Translations under genes and position numbers: made by a program
Shown: positions 39,480 to 49,379 of the stretch, in pieces
How the letters are laid out: every line of letters begins with the position of its first letter
How positions within the stretch are numbered: position 1 is the first letter of the stretch
Origin: Thermoplasmatota archaeon
Lineage (GTDB): Archaea; Thermoplasmatota; Penumbrarchaeia; JASLWR01
Length of the DNA stretch: 64,000 bases
Assembly: GCA_030740765.1 (NCBI GenBank)
Contig: JASLWR010000010.1
Span: forward strand, 7,819 to 71,818
Direction: 5' to 3'
The notes under the pieces: generated by a model
The model's input: the letters and a program-made list of their open reading frames with translations, nothing else
The model's database searches: none
Told to the model about the DNA's origin: nothing

Positions 39480-39545
39480 AGCGTTCTTCCCAGTCCCATT
39501 TTTCCTTTTCTAATTGGTGATTTGTGCGGAAGCGTAAGATGTTAT
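39480..39545. terminator. T-rich convergent intergenic region (candidate bidirectional terminator) between tbp and the methyltransferase gene
   Basis: Oligo-T tracts (ccatttttcctttt, cgtcttatttttta) on the plus strand immediately after the tbp stop codon and immediately after the stop of the convergent methyltransferase gene (which lies at lower coordinates on the minus strand). Archaeal termination uses oligo-T. Confidence 0.3.
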
Positions 39546-40183
39546 TCCGTCTTATTTTTTATCCCAAATAATGTAAGTCTTTCTTTGTTGAAGTCAACGT
39601 GTGCGGTTTTCTCGAAAACGAACCTGTCCCTGAAACGCTCCGTTAGCCTATCAGTATCTCCGAGAGAGCTCAAGACCAGATATATAATGCAATCCCTGTT
39701 CATGTACTCGGGGCATTTTTCAAGAAAACGTATTGATGTTTCCACACCGTAATGACCGCCGATGAGGGCTTCCTCCTCCCATTTCTGTAGCTTGTCACCT
39801 TCGGAAATAGGAAGGTATGGCGGATTAAAAACTATCAAATCGAACTTACCCGAAATCCCCTCGAATAGATCACCGCAATGGAATCGTGCGTTCACGTCGT
39901 TTGTAGCTGTGTTGTGTTTGGCGTTTCCCACGGCTGCCGGGTTGATATCGGTCCCCTCCACAATGGCACCGCGTTTAGCTGCAAAGATGCTGATGAGCCC
40001 GGTTCCAACACCTATTTCAAGAAATCGAATATTTGGAGTCAACACAATATTGTCTATCACGAGAAACGTGTCCTCTCGGGGAGAATATACCTCAGGGAAG
40101 ACATCAATATTGATCCCGCCTGCCTTTGTGAAATGATACGATGCAACGATCGGGGAGCTCTCAAGGCACATGTTCACCGCCAA
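39542..40183 (-). CDS. Class I SAM-dependent methyltransferase, HemK/Mtq2-like (NPPY motif)
   Basis: Motif I FLEIGVGTGLISIFAAKRG. DINP acidic loop. Motif IV IVFNPPY, characteristic of N5-glutamine / N6-adenine amino-methyltransferases. Confidence 0.7.
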   Translation of the reverse strand: MAVNMCLESSPIVASYHFTKAGGINIDVFPEVYSPREDTFLVIDNIVLTPNIRFLEIGVGTGLISIFAAKRGAIVEGTDINPAAVGNAKHNTATNDVNARFHCGDLFEGISGKFDLIVFNPPYLPISEGDKLQKWEEEALIGGHYGVETSIRFLEKCPEYMNRDCIIYLVLSSLGDTDRLTERFRDRFVFEKTAHVDFNKERLTLFGIKNKTE

Positions 40184-40411
40184 TGGATTTCTATTTTTTG
40201 TAGTTTATCATGTTGTGGCATGAACATGACTTTGGGCAAGAATTTTTTTTCATTATATGAGACTGTAGATAAATGAAGTGATATTAAAATGATTCTTATA
40301 CATCACCTCTTTTCCCTGGCCTTAATCCCATCGTAAGCCGACCTGAGGCCGTCAGTTTGCCTGTTTTACATCCCTTTTCCCTTATTTCTTCATTTTTTCC
40401 ATCTTTTTGGC

Positions 40412-40600
40412 TTATCCACCTGTTTTTGAATGAAAGCTTACGCTAAACCTAACCTTCACCATCCGCTTCAAATTGACTACAATGGCCGTGTATAAGGCCT
40501 GGATATTGACCCGTTCCAATCCACTATAGATGGCCCGTATTAATCCATGAAAACGCTTCATCTCTGCTTGTTTGGGTTCGATGTGAGCTCTTATCTTCAT
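40412..40600 (-). mobile_element. C-terminal remnant of a DDE transposase (IS5/IS1182-like C-terminal motif)
   Basis: The 62-aa ORF IEPKQAEMKRFHGLIRAIYSGLERVNIQALYTAIVVNLKRMVK matches the conserved transposase C-terminal pattern IEP…K…F..L.RGLEKVN…L….A.NLKRM. No catalytic DDE region is present upstream, so this is a fragment. Confidence 0.55.
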
Positions 40601-40722
40601 GTCCTCCTTATAATCATCTCCATCTTACAATATTCGCCCCACTGGCCGTTGAGGAAGAGGGCCCTGCCGTTGAAGAAGACCTCTCATGGAGGACGTATTT
40701 AATTATCGCGATAATCGTTGTA

Positions 40723-42138
40723 TTGGCAATTCTGAATCTTGTTTTCATAGTTGTGGTTTTCCGAAGAAGACATCGGGAAAAAGGGGAGATCGATTCAACT
40801 ACAAGTGGATTGGAATCCGAAGAAAAGTCGGTAGGGAAGGATGATGAAGAAAGCAACATTTGTGCGGAATGTGGGGAGGAAGTCCCGGACGACAGCGAAC
40901 TTTGTCCTCATTGTGGGGTGGCGATTGAGAAAAGAGAAAAGAAAATTGAGATCAAGTCGGAGAAGAAAGAGCCAAAGAAAGAAACCAAGGCAGAAAAGAA
41001 GGAAGAACATAAGGTTGAAGATATAAGCAGTACCAATTGTGTGGTGTGTGGAGAGGAAATCCCGGATGACAGCGAGCTTTGTCCTCATTGTGGGGTCACG
41101 CTAGAAGTAAAAGGGAAGAAGAAGGAAGAAACTTTTGTAGAGGCACCCGAGGATAAGAATGTATGTCCCGAATGCTGGGAAGATGTTGGCTCGGAGGATG
41201 CTATCTGCATCCATTGCGGCTATACACCCTTGACTGATGGAGTTCAGGTGTCTGATGAGGTTTCTATAGTTGACAAGGAGGACGAATTTGAAGAAACGAG
41301 AGGAGAGGGGGCTAGCGAGATAGATATGGTATTCGACGAGATCGAGGACATCTCCATGGAAGATGCTGTACAAGAAGCTGCTGAAAAGGTGCTGGAACAA
41401 GGGATTGAATCCCCTGAAACGGAAAAGATCATAGGTGAACTTGCAGCCCGGATGGTAGAGCCCGAGAAATTATCCGATGAGGAAGCGGACTCGATTGAAG
41501 ACACGGATCATACAATTGATGAAAAGTCAGAATATGAGATATCCGAAGAAATCTCTAAGGAGCCTGAAGAAGAGGAAATCGAATCCCACGAAGCGGAATA
41601 CCCCCTTGCTATAATCGAAGAGGAGAAAAAAGGTGTAAAATGTCAACAGTGTAATGCTCCCCTCGTTAGTGGTGAAAGCGTCTGCGGTTCTTGCGGGGTG
41701 GAACTTAATAAATGGGTGGGTGAACTTGATCGATTGGGAGCTGAATTGGATGAAATGGAGATCGAGGACGAGGAAGAAGAGAGTGGAAAAGTGGTTGGGA
41801 TGCTCGAAGAGGCTATGGAATCCGCCAAGGACATAGAGGTCAAATTATTTGATATATACGAGATAGAATACCGTTGCCCCGTTTGCGAGGAAATAATTGA
41901 AGAAGAAACCCCCTTTTGCCCCAACTGTGGAATCCGCTTTGATGATGAGGAGGCCTCTCTTGCAAAATGGACCGACGATGAAGTCTCGCTTGGACTAAAA
42001 GGCCGTTATGTTGAGACAGATGAGGATTATGATTTCGAGATTGTATTCAACCCAAATGGCGATGAAAAACACAAATATCTCACTATCTCCTCACCGACCA
42101 CAGAAACGCCAGAGTCAAAACAAAACCAAGAACAATAA
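40723..42138 (+). CDS. Membrane-anchored acidic protein with five CxxC…CxxC zinc ribbons (double-zinc-ribbon-like)
   Basis: N-terminal TM (IIVVLAILNLVFIVVVF) followed by RRRHRE. Zinc ribbons CAECGEEVPDDSELCPHCG (two copies with an identical core), CPECWEDVGSEDAICIHCG, CQQCNAPLVSGESVCGSCG, CPVCEEIIEEETPFCPNCG. Highly acidic linkers. The start codon is uncertain (TTG at 40723 in the ORF track). Confidence 0.6.
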   Translation: MAILNLVFIVVVFRRRHREKGEIDSTTSGLESEEKSVGKDDEESNICAECGEEVPDDSELCPHCGVAIEKREKKIEIKSEKKEPKKETKAEKKEEHKVEDISSTNCVVCGEEIPDDSELCPHCGVTLEVKGKKKEETFVEAPEDKNVCPECWEDVGSEDAICIHCGYTPLTDGVQVSDEVSIVDKEDEFEETRGEGASEIDMVFDEIEDISMEDAVQEAAEKVLEQGIESPETEKIIGELAARMVEPEKLSDEEADSIEDTDHTIDEKSEYEISEEISKEPEEEEIESHEAEYPLAIIEEEKKGVKCQQCNAPLVSGESVCGSCGVELNKWVGELDRLGAELDEMEIEDEEEESGKVVGMLEEAMESAKDIEVKLFDIYEIEYRCPVCEEIIEEETPFCPNCGIRFDDEEASLAKWTDDEVSLGLKGRYVETDEDYDFEIVFNPNGDEKHKYLTISSPTTETPESKQNQEQ

Positions 42139-45100
42139 TACCGGAAACGGCCATGACCCAGTTGGCTATACCCCCCATTGCGCCTGAAGAACCGTCGATT
42201 AACACGGGTTTATCTAAGCTGTTGTCCTGTTTGTCCTTTTCAACGATCAGGTTATCCGGGTCCACCACCACCTTGAGCTTGCATTCTGAAATATCGGGCA
42301 CTTTCCACGTAAAGGCCACCATCTGAGTATTTCCTGCCAGGATCGTCTTTATTGGCATTGTTGCAACGGCTTGACCGTCCACGTAGAGGCGGACCTGCAC
42401 GTCCTCGGCGCGGATATCTCCCGTGTTCTTCACATAGACCATAACCGAAACAAGCTGGCCTGTTTCGATGGTTTCGGGGAGCTCAATACCACCTACAAAA
42501 GTGAGATCGGCATTCCTTACGCTTATCGTCGATTTTATCGACGGTAGTTCCAGGCCGGGGGAGTTAATGCAAATTGAGCTTATATTGAAGCTGGCGTCCC
42601 TTGCGATGGCATAACGAGGCACTTCCACGGTTAGCGTCACCCAGGCTACTCCTTTTCGTGGAATCCTGAGAGTAATTTCATTCAGTGCGAGGAGTTCTTC
42701 TCTCAAGTTGTTTGGTTCATAGGATGTACTGTGATCTAAGTTCGAGGCGTCCACTGTCCGCGTGAAGTCGGTGTATTCAACATTCTTGATGGCCGACATC
42801 TGTTCATCAAGGGTTACCCCCGAGAAGAATACCGTCCACGTTTTCCTCATCTTCGTTGCAGGGTAAAGGTCAAGTGGGATGTCCTCGATATTCAGTTGTA
42901 TCTCATCCCAGGCATTGCCATCGTTCTTGACGCATATGCGAAACAGGGTGAATGCCCCCGGTTCTGTAATTTCCATATCACGTGAAGAAAAAATGTCAAG
43001 GGATGACTTTCTGCTTACCTGAATTGACAGGAACAGAAGTTCGAAATTCTCTTCCCCGCTTATGTTGATCATCACAGGGTACGGATCAAAGTCCGGTGAT
43101 TCCGGGATACCGTCTGCGATAGCGTTAACGGAGACTGTAATATCCAGACGCAGGTAAACTGTCTCGAAGGGTTCAAGTGTGATATAGTCCACGGGCAATC
43201 CCTCGAAATAGAATTCAAAATCCCACTCCATTGCAAGCTGAGACATGAAAAAATTTGCCCCCGTCATGCCGTTGCCAAGATTGCTCACGGAGAGATTCAG
43301 AGATATCTTATCCCCGGGATCCAGATTGTAATAATCAAGATCCTCCAGGGAGGCACTTATTATGCAGAACCGATTCACGATTGTAGTGAGATATACCGAG
43401 TCCACAACCTTGTCTACAGAGGGCATATTAACTTTTATCTCCAAAACGCAGCGGGAACCCTCCAGAGCTCCTTCGGGTGCTGTCACGGTGACAGTAACCG
43501 TCTTTCGCTGTCTGGCTTGCAGTATAATTGTCTGAAAATCCACGGATGTTGTCCATCCGGCGATCATGGGGCCCAGTTGGATCTCTACATTCTCCTTACT
43601 ATTCCCGTTATTTCTGATGGAGACCGTGTATGTGACGGATTTTCCAGGGTCAACGTATTTTATTGCTTCCTCGCATTCGATCTCCACTGCCCTGAAAGCA
43701 CTCACCTCTGCAATTAGATCATCGTCATGTTTTCCCTTGGCATCTTGGCCGCTAAGCTTTGAGAGATAGGACTCGCCTACTGCGGTAATAATCGCCGTTT
43801 CGCCCTCCTTGGCATCAATTGGAGGCGTTAAGAAAACCGTTATACCAGTTGTATTTTCCTCGAAATGATATGAAGAAAGCCGGATTCCCTGCACCGCCAT
43901 CTCCAGCTCATCGAAAACCCATCCCGGGTGGTGTTCCGTGTCTACGTTCATTATCCAATCGCTTGGAACACCCTGAAATTTTATTTCGTAGGTGTCGTTA
44001 ATATTACCGATGTTACTTATTCCCAAGGTGGCCACACTTGTCTTCCCCGGATCAACGATTATCTTTTTTAGCTCATTTACATCAGGCTTCACAGCCCAAT
44101 TTACATTGAACCCCAGGTCTACCATTATTACATTTGTTGATTGAATTGTATCCGTTGCGTTTTCTGGATCTCCCACAGATGTTGCAGTAACGTTAATTAA
44201 GGCGTAATCACCGTCAGTGACGTTGGTTATAGGGGCTGTTACGGTCAGCATCACGTGTTCGGATTCCCTTTTTCCAAGTTCCTGTGTTTCATATTTATCC
44301 AGTGATGCAGTCCAGTTTCCGGGCAATTCCGGTATATCGAGAGTAATAGTATCCGCTCGGAGCCCTAGGTTCCAGACCTCTATGTCGAATGTATGGGTTT
44401 CTCCTGGCTCGTAAATATAGACTAGTGGTTTGGGAAGACCGTTGTGCGGGTCCTTCTCACCGGGTATAAGAGCAACCTCGTAAGCGCCTGGTGCAAGCCA
44501 GTCAATGACCCCCAGGCCAAACTCGGCATTGTGTTCGTCCCAGAAATCCTTTTTTCCATCATTGTCGCAATCACCATCAGGAGAGCCCCATTCGTACCAC
44601 ATATCTCCGAAAACGTTGGAATCAGTTATCATCACCGCCTTCCCGGCACCCGTTGCATTTCCGTTAGGTAATGCGAGACAGGCGGGTTCACCGTAAAAGT
44701 TCGAACTTCCATCCGTATCCGTAATTATTACCGATCTTGATTCCTGGGGATTCTCATACGTATATGCGTTGGAGCAGTAGTATTGAACCGTTGGTGCATA
44801 CTGGGTTATTTTCCATATCTCATCTGGATCGTTTAGGTAATTGGGATCATCATTGGCAGGCATATTATCATCCCCCGGACCTGAAGCAGGAGGTCGATCC
44901 TCGTATATTATCCAATAGTTATAGGGTCCCGAATAATCATTATTATCAGTGACCACATCGTGAGCCCAACGGACGTGAAAACGCCAGGCGATATCATCCA
45001 TGGAATTTGCAAAGTTGGAATGATCCGCGATGAGAAACAGTCCGCCCCCGCCTTTAACGTATCGCTCGATGGCGTCGATCTCGCTATCGGAATATCTGTT

Positions 45101-45553
45101 GAAAGAGCAGGGGATCACCAGGACGTCCACCTCCTCAAGAACTGCGTCTGTTACGATTTCCCCCTCATTGAGAGAGATTACTTCATAATTATTATCGGTG
45201 ATGAAGTTATGACCTTGTCTCGACATACCTATGGGATCCCTTAAAACGTCAGCGAAATCGCTGTAACCACCTGCACAACCCCCCACTGATTCGTCCGCGT
45301 CATTTGCAGGATCCGCGGTGTATGCCGGGAAATGTGCATCATCGAACATCACGGTGACAATATCGAGATCTCTCGATAATCGCGTGTCAGAAACCACTTT
45401 TCCCTCGATCTCGAACGGGGCCTCAGCCAGTTCAACCTTTTCATAATTGATAGAATCATTTTCGCCCTTCTCGGAAACCGGGTGTACAACGATATTAGTT
45501 AATAAAAGACTCATCAGTAACACAATTACAATTGGAGAAATAATACGCTTCAT
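42083..45553 (-). CDS. Giant surface protein with an N-terminal GldG/DUF4350-like (class I glutamine-amidotransferase-like) domain, multiple Ig/CARDB-like domains and a C-terminal TM anchor
   Basis: Signal peptide MKRIISPIVIVLLMSLLLTNIVVHP. N-terminal segment VLVIPCSFNRYSDSEIDAIERYVKGGGGLFLIADHSNF. A long beta-rich region with CARDB-like repeats. C-terminal TM MAVSGIIVLGFVLTLAFLWSV followed by RR. Its 3' end overlaps the convergent zinc-ribbon gene by about 56 nt. Confidence 0.7.
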   Translation of the reverse strand: MKRIISPIVIVLLMSLLLTNIVVHPVSEKGENDSINYEKVELAEAPFEIEGKVVSDTRLSRDLDIVTVMFDDAHFPAYTADPANDADESVGGCAGGYSDFADVLRDPIGMSRQGHNFITDNNYEVISLNEGEIVTDAVLEEVDVLVIPCSFNRYSDSEIDAIERYVKGGGGLFLIADHSNFANSMDDIAWRFHVRWAHDVVTDNNDYSGPYNYWIIYEDRPPASGPGDDNMPANDDPNYLNDPDEIWKITQYAPTVQYYCSNAYTYENPQESRSVIITDTDGSSNFYGEPACLALPNGNATGAGKAVMITDSNVFGDMWYEWGSPDGDCDNDGKKDFWDEHNAEFGLGVIDWLAPGAYEVALIPGEKDPHNGLPKPLVYIYEPGETHTFDIEVWNLGLRADTITLDIPELPGNWTASLDKYETQELGKRESEHVMLTVTAPITNVTDGDYALINVTATSVGDPENATDTIQSTNVIMVDLGFNVNWAVKPDVNELKKIIVDPGKTSVATLGISNIGNINDTYEIKFQGVPSDWIMNVDTEHHPGWVFDELEMAVQGIRLSSYHFEENTTGITVFLTPPIDAKEGETAIITAVGESYLSKLSGQDAKGKHDDDLIAEVSAFRAVEIECEEAIKYVDPGKSVTYTVSIRNNGNSKENVEIQLGPMIAGWTTSVDFQTIILQARQRKTVTVTVTAPEGALEGSRCVLEIKVNMPSVDKVVDSVYLTTIVNRFCIISASLEDLDYYNLDPGDKISLNLSVSNLGNGMTGANFFMSQLAMEWDFEFYFEGLPVDYITLEPFETVYLRLDITVSVNAIADGIPESPDFDPYPVMINISGEENFELLFLSIQVSRKSSLDIFSSRDMEITEPGAFTLFRICVKNDGNAWDEIQLNIEDIPLDLYPATKMRKTWTVFFSGVTLDEQMSAIKNVEYTDFTRTVDASNLDHSTSYEPNNLREELLALNEITLRIPRKGVAWVTLTVEVPRYAIARDASFNISSICINSPGLELPSIKSTISVRNADLTFVGGIELPETIETGQLVSVMVYVKNTGDIRAEDVQVRLYVDGQAVATMPIKTILAGNTQMVAFTWKVPDISECKLKVVVDPDNLIVEKDKQDNSLDKPVLIDGSSGAMGGIANWVMAVSGIIVLGFVLTLAFLWSVRR

Positions 45554-45732
45554 ATATTTTCACATCCGGACCATTCCTTATTTCATATTATGATATATCA
45601 TATTTTGCATTGGGGTGACAAATATAAATCGAGGACTGAGAAAAAACAAAAAAACGAATGGCCTTCGGAAATCTGGGGAGAACCTAAATATGATTATTGT
45701 AATTCGCATGAAAGGTTTCCGGAGGTGCTGTT

Positions 45733-47034
45733 TTGAAAGCGATGATACTGGCAGGTGGTATTGGAAAACGTATGTTCCCACTGGTAAAAGCGAAATGTCT
45801 CTTGAAATTCATGGGAAAGGAACTAATTTTACACAAGATTGACGTACTGAAATCGGTGGGAGTGAATTGTATCGTGGTGGTGGCAAGTCCCACCAACGTG
45901 AACGAGTTAAAGGATCTACTCGGCGATTCAGTGGAGTTGGCGGTTCAGGAAAATCCAAGGGGAATGGCTGACGCAATCATGTCCGCTGCACATCTTGTTC
46001 GCGGAGAAGAGGTTTTGATCATCAACGCAGAGGATATTCTGGAACCCGCCGGATTGAAGACCATGATGGAAGGGCCTGGGGACTCGCGACTGATAGGATA
46101 CCAGGTGGACCGTTACTTTCCTGGCGGTTATTTCATTCTCGAAGGGGATAAGATAGTGGGAATGATCGAAAAGCCCGGTGAAGGGTCAGAACCCTCTGAT
46201 CTGGTGTCAATAGGTGTATATCTTCACCGGAAATTCGACGATCTTATCCGGTATATCGAAAAGGCAGCCACTTCCAAAGATGACGTTTACGAAGTGGCAA
46301 TGGACATGATGATGAAGGAAGGTTTTGATTTCAGGGTGGCAAGATACTCCGGACCGTGGATCCCCTTGAAATATCCGTGGCATATCTTTGATATCAGAGA
46401 TTATTTCTTTTCGAAGATAAATGAAGCATGTATAGATCCTTCCGCAAAGATACACGAAACGGCAATAATCGATGGAAAGGTAGTGATAGAAAAGGGTGTG
46501 AGAATATTCGAACATGCCGTTGTGAGGGGTCCGTGTTATCTGGGGAAGGGTTGCATAATCGGAAATAACTCTCTCGTTTGGGGAGGGACCCATTTAGGGG
46601 AAGGAAACGTCGTCGGTTACTCAACGGAGTTGAAGAACATCTGTACGGGGGACAATGTATGGTTCCACCAGAATTACGTGGGTGATTCTGTGATCATGGA
46701 TGATTGCTCCTTCGGGGCAAAAACGACTACAGCAAACTTTCGCTTCGATGAGAAAAACATCCGAATCCGGATAGATAAAAGCATGGTGGATTCCGGACTG
46801 AATAAATTAGGAGTTATCATGGGGCCCGGGACAAAGACAGGGATTACTGTGGGACTCATGCCTGGCGTGCGTATCGGTGCAGGTTGTTTCATAGGTCCTC
46901 ACGTACTTGTCAGCAATGACCTTGAACCAGGTAAGGCGGTTTTTAAGAAACAAGACCTGATAACAATGGAAAGCTGGATCACTTTGGATACCGATCGTAC
47001 GGGTTTGAAGGAGAAAATCGGAAAGAAGGAATAA
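45733..47034 (+). CDS. Sugar-1-phosphate nucleotidyltransferase with a C-terminal left-handed beta-helix (hexapeptide) acyltransferase-like domain (GlmU/ST0452-like)
   Basis: N-terminal MKAMILAGGIGKRMFPL NTP-transferase motif. C-terminal hexapeptide repeats (IGNNSLVWGGTHLGEGNVVGYST…, IGAGCFIGPHVLV…). Confidence 0.75.
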   Translation: MKAMILAGGIGKRMFPLVKAKCLLKFMGKELILHKIDVLKSVGVNCIVVVASPTNVNELKDLLGDSVELAVQENPRGMADAIMSAAHLVRGEEVLIINAEDILEPAGLKTMMEGPGDSRLIGYQVDRYFPGGYFILEGDKIVGMIEKPGEGSEPSDLVSIGVYLHRKFDDLIRYIEKAATSKDDVYEVAMDMMMKEGFDFRVARYSGPWIPLKYPWHIFDIRDYFFSKINEACIDPSAKIHETAIIDGKVVIEKGVRIFEHAVVRGPCYLGKGCIIGNNSLVWGGTHLGEGNVVGYSTELKNICTGDNVWFHQNYVGDSVIMDDCSFGAKTTTANFRFDEKNIRIRIDKSMVDSGLNKLGVIMGPGTKTGITVGLMPGVRIGAGCFIGPHVLVSNDLEPGKAVFKKQDLITMESWITLDTDRTGLKEKIGKKE

Positions 47035-47106
47035 TACGTCATTTAAAAATAAAGAAATATTATTTATATTGAATAATGCATAATGCAGCTTCCAGTATGT
47101 TAATTA

Positions 47107-47484
47107 ATGAATTTCAGATGGGGTTTAAATATGTCATTGATGATGGAAAAATTACAATCGCTGTTGGGGCGAGAGATTGCAATTGTCACAATTGACGGAT
47201 GCACCTTAAAGGGTGTTCTTGAGAATTTTGACAATGATACGGTCATTCTCCAAGACGTAAAAGAACTTTACAAGGTAGAACTAAAATGGGACACTCCCAA
47301 GGTCAGTCCTCATGCAGAAGGCACTGACGCCACTTCTTCTGTGGATGCCTACGGAGTTGTGGATACCAGTAAATTAAGGTCATCTCTGAAGAGAGTACTC
47401 ATTCGTTATATGTATGTCATACAGATATGGCCCTGGGAACTGTCCGACGCACGAAAGGATATCAGTCAATACACTTTGCTGTAA
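47107..47484 (+). CDS. Sm-like (LSm) fold protein with an unusually long insertion between the Sm1 and Sm2 motifs
   Basis: Sm1-like LLGREIAIVTIDGCTLKGVLENFDNDTVILQDV. Sm2-like KRVLIRYMYVIQI. About 40 aa between them. The start is probably the Met at about 47131. Confidence 0.45.
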   Translation: MNFRWGLNMSLMMEKLQSLLGREIAIVTIDGCTLKGVLENFDNDTVILQDVKELYKVELKWDTPKVSPHAEGTDATSSVDAYGVVDTSKLRSSLKRVLIRYMYVIQIWPWELSDARKDISQYTLL

Positions 47485-48066
47485 ATCCGTCCGGTGAACA
47501 GTAGGTTTGGGGATGCCCTCCGGGTTGACGCAAGCTTGGTAATATAAAAACAAGTCTGCGTTTACTCCGTTTTTTGTACGTAATTTGAATTCTTCTGAGT
47601 TCTGATAAGTCATACGGTTATCTGCAACAAATGATAAAAGTTATCAATCGCATTTTTTCTTGCAGTGACATCGGTGAAGAACGGATGGATAAAATATAAT
47701 ATTAGCTAATCCTATTCGGGCCTCTCTTGAAAAGACGGAGGCTACTGGCCCGTCTTGGCAAGTTTGGTGAGTCCACTGCGTTCCGATGCCCGCGCTTGCT
47801 CCGTTGCATCAATGATGCAACTGCATCTTCGGCAAGTATGCCTACAGATGCATTGGAAATACATCTACTCCCGTAGCCATATTTGGCGAGGGTGTAGCAG
47901 AGCCCAAAGGGGTCTGCATAGAAAACGGACACCCTCAGGACCAAGCTCCTTACGGGTGATGGCGAAAGAATTTCGCCGAACCCTAGCAAAATCTTCGATA
48001 TTGCGTCGGGAGTCAGTATGGGTCACCTTTACCAATCAGCCTGAATCATTATACCGAGTCGATAAA

Positions 48067-48912
48067 ATGGAAAAGAAACAGAAAAAATATATTTTCCCCG
48101 AGACGCTGGCGGAAGCCTCCGAACTGCTAAAGGGAGAAAACGTGCTGATGATATCCGGTGGAACCACATTCAAGTTCCGGAATCTTAAGAATTTTTCTCG
48201 GATCGTCGATATATCGAGGGTTGCGCCAGATTCAATTAAGATTAACGATAAAGAAATAATTCTTGGTTCCATGGTTAGGATTGGTAGGTTACTGGAAAAC
48301 AAATCTCTCAGGGAACTGAACTGCGGTATCCTTGCTAGTGCGGCGTCAAATATCGCTTCTACACCTATTAGGAACCAGATTACCCTTGGCGGGAACCTGA
48401 CTATGATATACAGATGGACTGACCTTCCGGTCAGCATTCTGGTCCTCGCCGCCGAGATCAGAACGGTGAATGGAAATGAATCGATGACGTACACCGCAGA
48501 GGATTTCTTTGCCAGCAATCCATCAAGAAAGCTGGCTAGGGGCGAGATAGTGAAGGAACTTATCATACCCGTTCATGATAACGATTATTTGTTATTATTT
48601 AAAACATTCAACAAAACAAAAGGGGATTTTGCTGCAATCAACATGGCGGCCGGTTATAAGCTGGGGGATGTATTCAGCGATCTTCGAATTGCAATATCGG
48701 CTATCAGCAATCTCCCTGTACGCTTGAAAGCATTGGAGAGAGACCTTGAAGGTAGTCGAAAAGACGAAAAAGTAGTGGTGGATGCAATCGCAAAACACCT
48801 TCCCAACTTCAAAGTATCCGATTTCCGGTATAATTCAGAATATCTGAATCAGGTAGCGAAAGTGATGCTGAAAAGGCTGCTTCTCGTAGAGGACAGGGAG
48901 GCTGAATTATGA
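48067..48912 (+). CDS. Molybdenum hydroxylase (xanthine dehydrogenase / aldehyde oxidoreductase family) FAD-binding medium subunit
   Basis: FAD_binding_5 / CO-dehydrogenase-flavoprotein fold: …ISGGTTFKF…, …LGGNLTM…. I prefer the start at the ATG at 48067 (MEKKQKKYIFPET); the ORF track's 47755 start adds non-conserved leader. Confidence 0.85.
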   Translation: MEKKQKKYIFPETLAEASELLKGENVLMISGGTTFKFRNLKNFSRIVDISRVAPDSIKINDKEIILGSMVRIGRLLENKSLRELNCGILASAASNIASTPIRNQITLGGNLTMIYRWTDLPVSILVLAAEIRTVNGNESMTYTAEDFFASNPSRKLARGEIVKELIIPVHDNDYLLLFKTFNKTKGDFAAINMAAGYKLGDVFSDLRIAISAISNLPVRLKALERDLEGSRKDEKVVVDAIAKHLPNFKVSDFRYNSEYLNQVAKVMLKRLLLVEDREAEL

Positions 48913-49379
48913 AATTGAACGTCAGAATTAATGGAAAGGATAAAAGTTTCAGAGTAGGTCCGGAAGAAGTGCTGCTTGACGTTCTCAGACGTGAGGGATA
49001 CACTGGTGTGAAGAGAGGATGCCGGAAAGGCGACTGCGGTGCATGTGCAGTACTCATTGACAATGAATTGTTTAATTCTTGCGTGTTGCCAGCAATGAGC
49101 GTAGCTGGAAAAGATGTCATCACCATAGAGGGAATTGGTACTCCCAATGCACTACACGTTCTCCAGAGGACCTTCCTTGAAGAAGGTGCGGTACAATGCG
49201 GCTTCTGCACACCGGGAATGATCCTCGCCGTAAAGGCTCTTCTTGATCGAAATGAAGACCCGAACGAGACGGAGATCAAAGAGGCTCTTGACGGAAATCT
49301 GTGCCGGTGCACCGGATACGTGAAAATAATAAAAGCCGTTAAGAAGGCGGCCCGGTCAATGAGGGAGGTGGGTGAATGA
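48909..49379 (+). CDS. Molybdenum hydroxylase [2Fe-2S] small subunit
   Basis: Plant-ferredoxin-type cluster CRKGDCGACAV…C and a second cluster QCGFCTPGM…CRCTGY. Start overlaps the stop of the upstream gene by 4 nt. Confidence 0.9.
   Translation: MKLNVRINGKDKSFRVGPEEVLLDVLRREGYTGVKRGCRKGDCGACAVLIDNELFNSCVLPAMSVAGKDVITIEGIGTPNALHVLQRTFLEEGAVQCGFCTPGMILAVKALLDRNEDPNETEIKEALDGNLCRCTGYVKIIKAVKKAARSMREVGE

Noticed and set aside
40841-41026. K/R-rich 61-aa ORF, plus several minus-strand ORFs (40795-41088, 41101-41400, 41244-41504).
   Set aside because: These are alternative-frame or antisense readings of the E/K-rich zinc-ribbon gene 40723-42138. They have no start context or motifs of their own.
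47485-48066. Searched this 580-nt gap for a tRNA, RNase P RNA or SRP RNA.
   Set aside because: No cloverleaf, no P4-type GGAAAGUCCGG motif and no SRP helix-8 motif were recognisable by eye. It is left as an unexplained leader.
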